This document shows positions 11,880-25,292 of a stretch of DNA of 64,000 bases, in pieces. This DNA is from Octopus sinensis (Eukaryota). The first letter of the stretch is position 1. Each line of letters starts with the position of its first letter. The DNA is taken from the NCBI RefSeq assembly GCF_006345805.1, contig NC_043005.1, positions 58,218,001 through 58,282,000 of the forward strand, given 5' to 3'. Made by a program: the position numbers and the translations under genes. The notes beneath the pieces were generated by a model that saw only the letters and a list, made by a program, of their open reading frames with translations, was not told the DNA's origin and searched no databases.

Positions 11880-12750
11880 CTTTTGTTTCCTTATATGCTC
11901 TTTCTTTTCTTTCTCTTTTTTTTCTTCCCATCATTCTTTTTCTTGATTTTTAAAAAATTCTTTCTTTCTTTCTGTCTGCTATTATTTATTCATTTTATTA
12001 TTTATTTATTTATTTTATTCCTTGTTATTTATATTTTTCCTTCTATTTTCCCATCTTCTTCTTAATTTCTTTCTCTCCTTTGTGTGTTTGTTTACTTTTT
12101 CTTCCTTTCCTCATTTCACTCTTTCTTTTTTCCTATCTGTCTTCCTTTTTTCTTCTTCATTCCTTCTTTCTTTTTCTTTTTCCATTCTTTCTTCCTCTTT
12201 TCATTCTTTCTTTCATTTTTCTTGCTTCCTTCCTTCTTTCCTTGCTTTTTTCTTTCCTTTTTTCAGCTTTTTCCATTTTTTTTTCATTTCTTTATTCTTT
12301 ACCTTAATCTTGTCTTTCTGGTTCTTTTTATTTATTCATTTCATTCTTCCTTCCTTCTCCCTTTCATTATTGTTTCGTTCTTTCATCCTATCTTCCTTCC
12401 TTCCTTTCAATCTCATTTTCTTTCTCTCATTCTTTCTATCATTTTTCCTTCTTACATTTCTACCTCCTCCCCCCTTCCATTTCTTTCTTTCTTTTTTATT
12501 CCTTTTTTCCTTTTTCCAACTTTTCTTTCTTGTTTCATTTATTTATTTTTTTACCATAATCTAGTCTTTCTGTTTCATTTATTAATTCCTTCCTTCCTTC
12601 CTTCCTTCCATACTGTTTCATTCTGTCATTCTTTCTTTCATCCTTCCTTTCCATCTCACCTTCGTTCTCTCCTCCTTCTCCTCTTCCTCCTCCTTTAATT
12701 CTTACCATTCTTCACACCATTCTCTTCTCTTCTATCCCCTTTTGTTTCCC
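11880..12750. repeat. ~0.9-kb polypyrimidine low-complexity tract, preceded by (TTG)n at ~11770-11850
   Basis: Direct inspection; explains the Phe/Leu/Ser-rich ORFs in the track. Confidence 0.9.
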
Positions 12751-13009
12751 ACTCCAAGAACATCAGCTTAATGTTATCTCTACCAAAGAATCCACTATCT
12801 TTAAGGAAACATATTTAAAAAAAAATAAAAAATAACACAAATCAAAAACCAATCAGAAATGAGACAAAAATGTTGCAAAAGGACGTTCCTTATTTTTGGT
12901 GCCTCAGTGACATTCATGTGCAAGAATATTGTTTTGAATAAAGCTCACCTTCTCTTTGAGGAATCATTGGGATTGAACCCCTGAAAAAGAACACGCATTC
13001 ACACATATA

Positions 13010-13143
13010 TGTGTATGTATATGTGCATGTGTGTTTGTGTGTGTGTGTATGTGTGTACACATGTATACATATATATGTGTATATATATAAATATATATAT
13101 ATATGTATATGTATATATATATGTATATGTATATATATATGTA

Positions 13144-13179
<36 letters not shown>

Positions 13180-13241
13180 GGTATATATAAATCTCTCTCT
13201 ATATATATAGGTATATATATATATATATAGGTATATATAAA

Positions 13242-13297
<56 letters not shown>

Positions 13298-13340
13298 TAT
13301 ATATAAATGTATATATAGATATTTGTGTGTATATATATCA
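13010..13340. repeat. (TA/TG/TC) compound microsatellite
   Basis: Direct inspection. Confidence 0.95.
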
Positions 13341-13505
13341 GGTCATACCATAAGTTCTGTCTGAATTTTGAATAAAGAAAACAAGTGATCAAATGTTATA
13401 TTTAATTGCAATTTAATTATCAATGTACTTTCCCTGATTATCTATGACTTCCTTCCGTCTATTTACAAGCTTTTTAATCCCATCAATGTAAAACTCTTTT
13501 GGTTT

Positions 13506-13506
<1 letters not shown>

Positions 13507-13565
<59 letters not shown>
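13507..13565. repeat. (TATC)n tetranucleotide tract; partner tract at 16315-16466
   Basis: Direct inspection. Confidence 0.95.
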
Positions 13566-13566
<1 letters not shown>

Positions 13567-13589
13567 CCTCTCTCTCTCTCTCCCCTTCC

Positions 13590-16312
13590 TTCCTTCAAAT
13601 GAGAAGGAAGAGCTATTTTCATCATACTTGTGGCTATGGCGAAAGAATGTATCTGATGGACGCGTCTGAAAGGATTGGAGACAAACACTTTCCTCTCTGG
13701 TCAATCTGCCATCAACTTCTTCAAGTATCACTTGAAAAGGAAAGTGAGAGTAGAGAGGCAAGTTTTGTCTAGCGAATGTTTTAAAAAAAGATGGGTGTAT
13801 AATAATAATAATAATAATTGTGTACAGTGCTCAGGTGCACTACAACTCATCTAAAGTGTATATATAATCAGGTGAAGTTTCGGCGGATTTCGGAAAGCAT
13901 GAGGGCCTTAAAAGATGCAGTGTCATGGCAGTCAACAACTGACGCAGGCAGTTTATTCCATGCTTCAGCAACTCTGAGCGTGAAAAAATGTTTCCGAAAG
14001 TCATGGGAGCTGTATTGTTTTCTGACTTTGTAGGCATGTCCACGTGTGTTAGACACATGGAGATCAAAAAGGTGTTCAGTGTTGTTGTTGGTGAGGTGGT
14101 TGATAACTTTGTGGGTGTTTACCAAGTCCGTCGCCAAACGCCGGAGCTTCAGTGAATCCATGCCCAGGGAAACAAGGCGCTCAGAATATGGTAGGTGTCT
14201 GATGGAGGGTATGCATTTGGTTGCATGTCTCTGGACAGATTCCAGGAGGTCAATGTTCTGTGCAAGATAGGGGTTCCAAACTGATGATGCGAATTCCAAG
14301 TGTGGTCGTACCATAGCTGTATACAGTTTTAAATAGATGGCTGGAGAGCGGCTAACAAAAGACCTGCTGAGTGATGCCAAGACACCCTCGGCCTTCCTGA
14401 CAATCTTAGAGATATGCTTTGACCAACGCAAATCACTGCTGACAGTGATGCCTAGGTCACGCTCGCAAGAGGATTTCTTGATATCAGTGTTGTGGAGGGA
14501 GTATGTGAACGCAGGGTTTTTTCTCCCAAAATGCATGGTGGTACACTTGTCCACAGCCAGTTTCAGTTGCCAGTCTGTGATCCATTGCTGCATTGTGTCT
14601 AGGTCTGATTGCAGGAAAGAGTTGTAGACATCAGGATCTGTCCTCTTGATTTCAAGGTACAGCTTGATGTCGTCTGCATATTTCAATACTGTGGCATTCT
14701 TTAAATTGGCATCTATGTCGTTAATGTATGCCACAAACAAGAGGGGGCCAAGGACAGATCCCTGTGGTACACCCGATGACATCTCATATGGTGTAGAGTG
14801 CTGTCCTAGAACTGTGACTACCTCCTTTCGGCTGAGGATGAAGGATTTCAACCAGTTAAAAAGGTCATCCCCCACACCCATTGCAGAGAGTTTCACCATA
14901 AGCTTTTTGTGTGGCACAGAGTTGAAAGCCTTAGCAAAGTCAAGGTAGACAACATCCACCCATGAGCCACTGTCAGTAATCTGAGTAATGTCCTCAAGGA
15001 ACTCGACAAGCTGGTCACTGCAGCTGGAGTTAGGGACAAATCCATATTGTGAGGGTCGGATGAGACTGTGAGAGCTCCAGAAGTTCCAGAGTGTTTCTCT
15101 GACACACGATTCCATCAGTTTTGCAATACAGCTAGTGAGACTGACTGGGGGATAGTTGACAGGTGATGTGCAGTCACCCTTTTTGAACAGAGGAATGACA
15201 CTGGCAGTTTTCCACTGCTCCGGAGTAGCACCATTGTTGAGACAGTACTGGAAGAAAATAGAAAGCTGGTGTAAAAGGAAGTGCCTGCCACGTTTGAGAA
15301 GCAGGTATGTAACTCCATCGAGACCAGGGGAGGCATAGTTGCGCTTATTTTGAAGGTGACGTCGCAGCATTGCAGGTGTAAATTCCATAGTTGTTATGGA
15401 GTTTGCTGTTAGTGATGGTGAAGATGGTACATTTTGACTTTCAACAGTGAATATGTTTGCATAGCACTCGGCAATGAGTTCTGCGCATTCCTTGGGGTCG
15501 TCAGTGATCTGGTTTGTGTGAGGGTTGTGAAGAGGGCCCACTGGAGAGTGAGGTCTCTGCTTTGAGTGCACATATTTCCAGAAAACCTTGCTGTCAGGAT
15601 TGGCTGCTATGCACTGTTCAAATTCAAGCACTGCTTTTTTTGTCACTTGCTTGAGATGGTTGGAGGATTTATTCTGCTTCTTCCTGTTGGTGTCTGATTT
15701 ATGCAACCTGTATTCCCGTTCAGCAGTCCGACGTTCCCTCCTGGCAAGTCGGACCGCTGAAGTTTCCCAAATTGCCCTTTTGGGGGCGGTTCTTCTTTTT
15801 TGTTTACGTGGCACTGATGCTGCACATGCTGCCCATATTGAGTCCAGGATACTCTGGAGTATAGTATTCACATCTCCAGAGTTGTAGAATTCACGCCAGT
15901 TTGGGTGCTGTAGTTCAGTGTATGTTGCAAGGATGGCACGTATGAATAACAAAGCCACCTTGAGCATAATCCTATGAACCTGGAAAAATTTAAAACAGAG
16001 AGTTACTTACTTGCAAATAAATGTGTTAACATGTGACATTATTGACCGTGGTTACCGTGGTCTTTTCTGTAGGCTTTTCTTTCCACAGATAAACCTTATC
16101 TGCTTCCCCCTTTACACTTTACATCATGACATTTCTGTGATGCACGATCCCTATTGATTGTTTTTTCTATTTCTCTCTTTTTATGATCCCTTTTGATCGA
16201 AAACCTACTCCTCCTTTTTTTCTTTTCTTTTCCTTTTTTTCTCCCCTAAAAGAAAAATCCTACTTTGTAATTTGTCACCTCAGTGTTCAGCCCTGTGTGG
16301 CTAATAAAGAAA
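13590..16312 (+). mobile_element. Tx1/L1-like LINE 3' end (13590-13800 and 15924-16312) split by a CR1 insertion
   Basis: Frame GRAIFIILVAMAKECI*WTRLKG..FFKYHLKRKVRVERQVLSSECFKKRWVY resumes after the CR1 as VARMARMNNKATLSIIL*. It is followed by a T-rich 3' UTR, AATAAA and (TATC)n. Clade call rests on remembered motif similarity only. Confidence 0.55.
13801..15917 (-). mobile_element. 5'-truncated CR1-clade LINE with uninterrupted RT ORF (track ORF 13868-15967, 699 aa)
   Basis: Y.PVSLTS, YLDFAKAF.SVPH, GVPQGSVLGPLLF, KYADD, ERDLG, RPHLEFAS.VW.P, FF.RV..WN.LP. (ATT)n tail at 13801-13820. GTGTAT duplicated at 13795-13800 and 15918-15923. The endonuclease domain is missing. Confidence 0.93.
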
Positions 16313-16314
16313 CA

Positions 16315-16445
<131 letters not shown>

Positions 16446-16479
16446 CATCTATCTATCCATCTATCTGTCTATGTGTATG

Positions 16480-16526
<47 letters not shown>

Positions 16527-17055
16527 TGTATACATACAACAGGCTTCCTTCGGTTTCCAGCTACCAAATCCACCCAGAAGGCTTTTGTCAGCCTAAGGCT
16601 AAAGTAGAAGACACTTACGCAAGATACCACGCAATGAACTGGACCTCAAACCATATGGCTTGGAAGGAAATCATTAATCAAATTACTAATTAACCAATGA
16701 ATAATTACTTAATTAAAATCTAAAGCATGTGATTCATATGTGATGAAGGTTAAGGTCATCTTTATGTTTTAGTCATTAGTATGATTATATAAGGCAATTG
16801 TTATTTTAATGATATTAATTATGGGAGAAAAATTAAAGTATCACTCATGATGAAACATAACTAATATTCTTTTCAATCTTAATAAACTTGGTAAAGCGGT
16901 GAATTGGCAGAATCATTAGCAGAAACTTTGTTCTGAATTCAATTTCTGTTTAGGTTGACTTTGTCTGTTATCCTTCCAGGATTGATAGACTAAGTACCAG
17001 CTGAGCACTGAGGGGTCGGTGTAATCAACTTACCCCCTCTCCCCATAGTTGTACC

Positions 17056-17282
17056 TATTTCTTTACTACCCACAAGGGGCTAAACACAGAGGGGACAAGC
17101 AAGGACAGACAAACGGATTAAGTCGATTACATCGACCCCAGTGCGTAACTGTATTTAATTTATCGACCCCGAAAGGATGAAAGGCAAAGTCAACCTCAGC
17201 GGAATTTGAACCCAGAATGTAATAGCAGATGATATGCCACTAAGCATTTCGCCCGGCATGCTAATGTTTCTGCCAGCTCACC
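17056..17282 (-). mobile_element. Nin-domain-like SINE family B (tail A), inserted into an older family-B copy
   Basis: GTTCAAATTCCGC.GAGGT.GACTTTGCCTTTCATCCTTTCGGGGTCGATAAA..AGTAC core. 16-bp TSD at 17040-17055 and 17283-17298. Confidence 0.88.
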
Positions 17283-19267
17283 TCCCCATAATTGTACCAG
17301 TTGAGTACTGGAGGCACGGGTGTAATCAACTTACCCCCCTCCCTCTTGTACATAAGTTTGAAACCAATCTTAATAAATTTAGTTTATAATTTGATTTATG
17401 TTGGAAAACTCATATGATCAAGATGAAAAAATATTGCTTATTTGACATTGTGTGTAACAAGTCTGTTGTGTGTCATAAAATATTATGTGATAAATCTATA
17501 AATTTCTAATTGACGTCTGTTTTAATAAGAGTGATTAATACTCATATTAATTACAAAGCAAATATTTACTATATCAAGAAGTTCAGTTCTATTAAAGTAT
17601 TTATTGTTAAAACAGTGAATAATGGTATAATTGGACAAAAAAAAAAGAATACTTCTCTTATAAGTTAAATGTCATTATCTTGTTTAGAACTTCCACAGCT
17701 TGAGGATATGGTAAGGCTGAATGGGTCTCAAATTGGCTTCATAATCATGAGGTTCCTGGTTTGATTGAGCTGCATGGAATCTTGGACTAACATCTTTCAT
17801 CAAAGCCTTGGGTTGACCTGAGCTTTGTTAGTGAAATCGGGATGACAGAAATAGTATAAATTGCTACTGGAGGAATTCTACCTGTACTCTAAACAACTAT
17901 CCTTGTCACTTTGTCTCAGTGTGTCATGCCAATTCCACCTGTGAATCCATATCTGTGGAATATTCAGCCATTTATTGGCTTATTCACTGGGGAAGTTCAG
18001 TCGATCAAATAACACTATTCATCACTGAAACTGATGTGAATCTATTTACATATTACTTCAATGATAATGCTGATCACATTAAGTGGAGGGGCCTAGTGGA
18101 AGAGGATGACTTAGGAAGACATGAGATGAAGTACTGAAGGCTGATCTTTAAATGCTAAACCTTATGAAGGAGCTGACAGAGGACCGAGATATGTGGTGCA
18201 TTGCTATACTCAAGGAGACCCGTCCACCACAAAAGAATTGAGAGAAAAAAACTGGTGATGGTGCCACATAAAAAGCACTTAGTACACTCTAAAGTGATTT
18301 GTGTTAGGCAGGGCATCCAGCTGTAGAAACCAAGCCGAAACAGATTATGAAACTGAGTTCAGCCTTTGGCCTGGCCAGTTCCTGTCAAGTTGTTCAACCT
18401 GCTTCAGCAGAGAAAACAGATGTTAAATGTCGATGATGATGACTGATGATGTTGATGATGATAATGTAGCCATATTGTAATGTAAATCCCTATATATATA
18501 TGTATATATATAAGCTTATTAAATAGATATATGTGGTAAGTAGCTTGCTTACCAACTACATGGTTCTGGGTTCATTCCCACTGTGTGGCACCTTGGACAA
18601 GTGTCTTCTACTATAGCCTTGGGCCGCCCAAAGCCTTGTGAGTGGATTTGGCAGACGGAAACTGAAAGAAGCCTGTTGTATATATGTATACTTTGATACT
18701 TTGATAGGTTTCGGCCATTATTGGCCCAGGCCATGTCTAACTTAATAGCACCACCTGGTGTATATATATATATGTGTATGTGTGTGTCTTTGTTTGTCCC
18801 CCAAAATCGCTTGACAACTGATGGTGGTGTGTTTATGTCCCTGTAACTTAACAGTTCAGCAAAAGAGACTTATAGAATAAGTACTAGGCTTCCAAAGAAA
18901 CTGGGCCGAAATGAGTAATACTTAATTTCAATAATTTCCTCTTTAACTGCATGGTGCATAAATGTATCAGGGAGAGAGAGCCAGGTGGAATTCTGTTTTA
19001 AGTGCCCCATATAACCCCTCATAACTTTTTTTTTAATTTTCTGAATTTTCAAAAATTTTTTTGTGAATTTGTTTTCTACACACAAGAATTTATATGACTA
19101 TGGAAAAACAAAAGAAAACAAACAAAATTTGTGTGTGATTTAAGGGCTATTAAGCTGTTATTTTTAGCACATCTTATGAGCACCTGATGTCCTCCTTGTT
19201 TCTTTGTCACTCTCGCGTATTGATGCTGTTCAATATCCGTCTTCCCATAAACACATTTAATGGTCTA

Positions 19268-19681
19268 TTTTTGAACAACAATCACTGAAATGATATATTA
19301 TTCTTTTTTGTAACTTTCTCTCATTTTATTGTGTTCTACAATTCTGAAACATTTGTAATTCTCATTAAAGAAAACATAAATCTTACCCTCTCTTCCCTCC
19401 TTCATTTTACTTTTCATAATGAAGGAAAAGTCAAACACTGCAAGTGGATGTGTGAGAAAAAAATTTGAATTTGTAAATTTGAATTTGTAAATTGTATCTG
19501 TAATGCAACATTTTCAGTTGTTTATTTAAACTTTCTCTGCTAACTCATCAAATACAATTACATGCAATAGATAGGTTTTGAGATTTAAATTTGCTAATTT
19601 TCCAAGATTTTAATTCTCATGTATGGGGGAGCTCATCAAATTTAAAGTGTCCCGGCCCCCCATGGTTTAAATCTGGTCCTG
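19268..19681. repeat. ~410-bp diverged direct repeat (second copy 21874-22280) ending in a hAT-like terminus
   Basis: The two copies align along their length. Both end GGTTTAAATCTGGTCCTG (rc CAGGACCAGATTTAAACC..GGGGCC), which resembles CAGGGCCGGATT-type hAT/Tip100 TIRs. Confidence 0.7.
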
Positions 19682-19754
19682 ATGGAGTAAATTTCATCAT
19701 AGGTTTGCTTGATTGGGCCTTACCTGAGTTACCAGACAACAACAGCGACAACAA

Positions 19755-20777
19755 CAATCTAATAATAATTCTGCTTGTTCCTTCGTTACTTAGCCCATTT
19801 GTAACACTTTCCCATGATTAGTTGTAAGGAAAAGTGGAAGAAAGAAAAGGAGAGAGGAAAAAGGGTAAGGCGAAGAGTAAGAGAGAAAAAGAGAATAGAC
19901 AAAAAGCAACTAATTAATTATTCATTAAGCAAGCAGCAAATTAATTAATAAATTAAGCAAGCAAATAATTAACTAGTTAATGAAGAAAAGAAGCAACTAA
20001 TTAAGCAATTAATTAATTAACTCATTGAGCAACCAAGAAACTAGTAATTAACTAACTAATCATGCAAGCAAGCAACTAATTAATAAACTTATTAATAAAG
20101 TTAGCAAGCCAGCAACTAATTAATGAATTAATTAATTAAGACAGCAAGCAACTAGTTAATGAACTAATTAATTTAGACAGCAAGCAACTAGTTAATGAAC
20201 TAATTAATTAAGGAAGCAATTAGTTAATTAACTAATTAATCAAGAAGCAAGCAAGCAAATAATTAATGAACTAATTAAGAAAGCAAGAAACTAACTAATG
20301 CACTAATTAATCAAGCAACTAATTAATTAACTTGCTTACTTAACCAATTAAGCAAGCAAGCAAATAATTAATTAACTAATTAAGCAAGCAAGCAAACAAG
20401 CAGAAAACTAAGTAATTAATTAAGCAAGCAACTAATTAAAAAGCTTGCTTAATTAGTTAATTAATTTGTTGCTTGCTTGCTTAATTAATTAGTTGCTTGC
20501 TTAATTAATTTGTTAAATAATTAGTTGGTTGATTGCTTAATAAGTTAATTGTTTTCTCTCTCCCTCTTTTTCTCTCCTTCAATTTCTCTCCCTCATTTTC
20601 TTTCCCTCATTTTCTCTCCCTCTTTTTCTTCCACGCTTCACCTTACTTTCTTTTTCTCTTTCCTTTTTCTTTCTCCCTCTTTTTCTCTCATTTGCCTTTC
20701 CCTTCAACTAATCATGTGAAAATGTTACAGTTAGGCTAAGTAACAGAAGAAGAAGAAGCAGAATTATTATTAAATTG
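19755..20777. repeat. ~1-kb foldback element with internal AAGCAAGCAACTAATTAATT sub-repeats
   Basis: ~75-bp unique outer arms are inverted. A purine tract (19826-19905) faces a pyrimidine tract (20545-20704). Sub-repeats are direct at 19905-20440 and inverted at 20440-20545. Confidence 0.85.
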
Positions 20778-21125
20778 GAATTGTTAAAATTTGTGATAAA
20801 AGTTTACACAAGTGCTCTCTTCCTTTCTCTTCCCTAAATATTTAATGAAGTTTATGACAATGAATTGGCATAATCGTTAGAGCTTCAGAAAATTGCTTTT
20901 CCGTATTTGTTTTGCCTCTACATTTTGAATTCAAATCTTATCTTTTTCATCACTAAGGAGTCGATAACATAAAATGCTGGAAATGTAATGTTCTCTTCCT
21001 GCAGCTGTCACATCTTGGACAAGAATGGGATGGCGGATGGGCTCCTTGTGCTTGCTCAAAACTACCTGGGCCCATAAAGAAAAGGAAACACCAAAAAAAG
21101 CATAAATTGATTGCAACTGGCTATA

Positions 21126-21501
21126 CTCTTTTTCTCTTTTACTTGTTTCAGTCATTTGGCTGCGGCCATGCTGGAGCATTGCCTTTAGTCGAGCAAATCG
21201 ACCCCGGGACTTATTCTTTGTAAGCCCAGTACTTATTCTATCGGTCTCTTTTGCCGAACCGCTAAGTGATGGGGACGTAAACACACCAGCCTCAGTTGTC
21301 AAGCAATGCTAGGGGGACAAACACAGACACACAAACACACACACACACACACGGAAAACGGACGTTAAACGATGATGATGATGATATACATATATACGAC
21401 AGGCTTCTTTCAGTTTCCGTCTACCAAATCCACTCACAAGGCATTGGTCGGCCCGGGGCTATAGCAGAAGACACTTGCCCAAGATGCCACGCAGTGGGAC
21501 T
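21126..21501 (-). mobile_element. SINE family A with an RTE tail piece in its central microsatellite
   Basis: Reverse complement of the 51687 copy. GGAAAACGGACGTTAAAC(GAT)n sits at 21353-21384. Confidence 0.88.
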
Positions 21502-22696
21502 ATTTAAATTTCAATTTACAGATGTAATACTAATTTGATAGTTATAGCAAATATAATTGATTGAATAAAAAAACCCTGTTATTACAGGTAGTGGTGAAGC
21601 TAACAAGGAAGTCTTATCCCTGTTACCCTAGTTCTTGCCATTGCAAAGACCTACGAGAGGACCAGAACTCATGTGTTGTCATGTAATGGAGAAATGGAAT
21701 TCTTTCAGAATAGCATGCACATGTTGGAATTTCCCCAAGTTTGTCAGGATTTTTCCTATTTTTCATGCATTGCAAAACAATGAAAGGAAGCTTTTTAAAA
21801 ACAAATGTTTTAAAAATCCATGTCTTTTAAATATTTGTCTCCTCCCACTCCCACCACCACACACTTACCATGCATTTTGAACAATGGTATCCACTAAAAC
21901 AATATATTTTTCTTTCCTGTAGTTTTCTGTCATTTTATTTGTGAATTACAATTCTGAAACATTTGTAACTCATGTTAAAGGAAAAAAATAAATCTTACCC
22001 CTCTCTTCCCTCCTTCATTGTACTTTTCACAATGAAGGAAAAGCCAAACACAGCAAGTGGATATATGAGAAAAATATTTGAATTTGAAAAGTGTATCTAT
22101 AAAGCAACATTTTCAGTTGTTTATCTAAACTCTCTCTGCTAATTCATCAAATACAATTACGTGCAATAGATGAGTTTTGAGATTTAAATTTATTAATTTT
22201 TCAAGATTTTAATTCTTGTGTATGAGGGGGCCCACCAAATTTAAAGTGCCTTGGGCCCTCATGGTTTAAATCTGGTCCTGCCTAAGGCTATTGTAGAAAA
22301 TACTTGCAATAGGTTCAAACTTGAAATTGTGCAACTCTAAAATGAATTCCTTAACTGCATATGTATATATATATGCTTGAAACTAAGTTCATTAGGCTCA
22401 TGAGTTAAAAAAAATATCTATCTAAATATTACCATAGTAAACAGAATCATCTGCTTGACTTTTCCAGATCAAAGATTAAGAAAACCTCTATGACATCAAA
22501 CAACTTGCTAAAAATAGCAGCTAAATCTGTTCTACTTCAAACCACATTGTCTTAAATAGAAGAAGGCGATATTGGACTGTGCTTTTTAAGAGATATATAA
22601 CTTTATATAGTCACTGCTGGAATACCGTTGATCATAAGTTTGCTTAATTAGGGCTGAACCTGAGCTAAACAACAACAAGGTATTGATAAGAAAATA

Positions 22697-22875
22697 TTTC
22701 GTCTGCCGCTACGTTCTGAGTTCAAATTCTGCCGAGGTCAACTTTGCCTTTCATCCTTTCAGAGTCGATTAAATAAGTACCAGTTACTCACTGGGGTCGA
22801 TATAATCGACTTAATACATTTGTCTGTCCTTGTTAGTCCCCTCTGTGTTTAGCCCCTTGTGGACAGTAAAGAAAT
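22697..22875 (+). mobile_element. 5'-truncated SINE family B (tail A)
   Basis: Exact 19-bp TSD AGGTATTGATAAGAAAATA at 22678-22696 and 22876-22894. Confidence 0.9.
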
Positions 22876-24059
22876 AGGTATTGATAAGAAAATAGAATTG
22901 TGATGATGTTGATGTTTCTTCTCAGATCATCAGAAGAGCAAGTAAAATCAATAGAACAGTTTGCTCAGGACTTGAACTTGTGCTTCACATTGTTTTTGAC
23001 GAAAGCTTATCTTTGATATAATACTCACTTCAGCTTACTAACAATGGTAATATATTTGAGGAAAAAAAAGCACCACCAAACAAACAAACAAACCAAAAAA
23101 GCATATAAATATAAAAAACGAATTCAGAGTAAATTTTCCAAGTGTAACCCAGAAATGATAAGAAATTAGTAATGTAAGAAATATACAAAACTGTATACAT
23201 AAGTACTTTTCTTTGTCACTCTTTTTTTTTTTTATCAAAACTTCTATGTAAAAAAAAATAAAGATCTTGTTATGATCATAATTAGCTTTTTTAACCTCTC
23301 AGTTTATTGTAGCAAAGTTTTAACCTATTATATTAATGATAACATAACTTCTTCATTAAGTTTACTTTAAACAATGTTTATCTGAAAAAGTTATTGAAGT
23401 ACTAAAGAATTTTATCACTTTTTTGATTTAGGAACATTTAAAGATTTCATATATCTAGAAAGTATGTACATCTCAAAACCGACAGTTTTAGCCACGAGGA
23501 GTTTGTTGTTTGCTCAACTTAATTACTTGTCCATTGAAATAGCAAGTAAGTGGCTGAGGATTCTACTGACATGTGTACTGTTACCATAATCTTCAGGTTA
23601 AAATGGCACTATATCAGTTATGACAACAAGTATTCCAGTTGGTCTGGTCAATGGAACAACCTCCTCGTGAAATTAAAGTGCAAGTGGGCAGCAATCCACT
23701 GCTGGGCATACTCTTAACATAATTCTCAGGGAAATTTAGCATGACACAGAATGTGATAAGGCTGGTTCTTTGAGTTATATGTACAACTCATTTTTGCCCA
23801 CTGCGTGGGCTGGAGTGACGTGGAGTGAAATGTCTTGCTCAAGGACACGATGTGCCAACAAGAATCCTATTCCTGCCCTAACAATCGTTAGCTGAACACC
23901 CTATCCACTGAGCCATGTACCTTCACACACACACACACACACACACTCTCTGGTATTCTTCAGTTATGGTACCAGGTGTTCCAGTTGATCTGATCGACAA
24001 AATAGCTTGCTCATGAAATTAATGTGCAGGTGGCTAAGCACTCCACAGACATGAATACC

Positions 24060-24286
24060 TATTTCTTTACTACCCACAAGGGGCCAAACACAGAGAGGAC
24101 AAACAAGTACAGACAAACGGATTAAGTCGATTAAATCAACCCCAGTGCGTAACTGATACTTAATTTATCGACCCCGAAAGGATGAAAGTCAAAGTCGACC
24201 TCAGTGGAAATTTGAACTCATAACATAACGGCAGACAAAATACGGCTATGCTCTTCACCCGGCATGCTAATGTTTCTGCCAGCACC
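24060..24286 (-). mobile_element. SINE family B (tail A) nested in a family-C SINE
   Basis: 17-bp TSD at 24043-24059 and 24287-24303. Confidence 0.88.
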
Positions 24287-24641
24287 CCAAAGACATGAAT
24301 ACCCTTAATGTAATTCTCAGTAAGATTCAGCATAGCATAAAAACTGACAAGACTTGTCCTTTGTATTACAGGTACAACTCATTTTTGTCCACTGAGTGGG
24401 CTGGAGCAACATGAAATAAAGTGTTTTGCTCAAAGACACAATATGTCACCAGCAGTTGAACTCAGGACCTTACGATCATGAGCTTCATCGGGTAGAATCA
24501 ACATGACACAGTAAACGAGAAGGCTGTACTTCTCAGTCACAGATATAATCAGTCCAATAGGCATTTCACATTTTCTGTCGATCCAGTTTCACTCGTAACA
24601 CTTGGCTTGATCTGAGGCAATGGTAATAGACACATATGTCA

Positions 24642-25292
24642 AGGCAGCAAGCTGGCAGGAACATTGGCATGCCAGGTGAAATGCTTAGTGGTATTTTGTC
24701 TGCCGTTACGTTCTGAGTTCAAATTCTGCTGAGGTCGACTTTGCCTTTCATCCTTTTAGGGTCAATTAAATAAGAACCAGTTAAGCACTGGGGTCGATGT
24801 AATTGACTTCATCCCTTTGTCTGTCCTTGTTTGTCTTGTCCCCTCTATGTTTAGCCATTTGTGGGCAATAAAGAAATAAGAAATGTTAGCACACCGGGTG
24901 AAATGCTTAGTGGTATTTCACCCGTCACTACACTCTGAGTTCAAATTCCGCCGAGGTTGACTTTGCCTTTCAGCCTTTTGGGGTTGATAAATTAAGTACC
25001 AGTTACACACTGGGGTTGATATAATTGACTTAATCTCTTTGTCTGTCCTTGTTTGTTCCCTCTATGTTTAGCCCCTTGTGGGCAATAAAGAAATAAGAAG
25101 CGTTAGCTCACCAGGCAAAATGCTTAGTGGTATTTTGTCTGTCTTTACATACTGAGTTGAAATTCTTCTGAGGTCAACTTTGCTTTCATCCTTTTGGGGT
25201 CGATAAATTAAGTACCATTTGTGTACTGGGGTCGATCTAATCAACTGGCCCCCTTCCCAAAAATTTCGGGCTTTGTGCCTAGAGTAGAAGAG
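24642..25292 (+). mobile_element. Head-to-tail trimer of SINE family B
   Basis: Units start at 24642, 24879 and 25096. One 17-bp TSD (2 mismatches) at 24625-24641 and 25293-25309. Confidence 0.88.

Noticed and set aside
17688-17710. AG/GT-bounded micro-exon (LPQLEDM)
   Set aside because: The donor lies at the start of a degenerate family-A SINE.
19905-20545. CRISPR-like repeat array
   Set aside because: Degenerate low-complexity repeats without unique spacers, in eukaryotic DNA with no cas genes.
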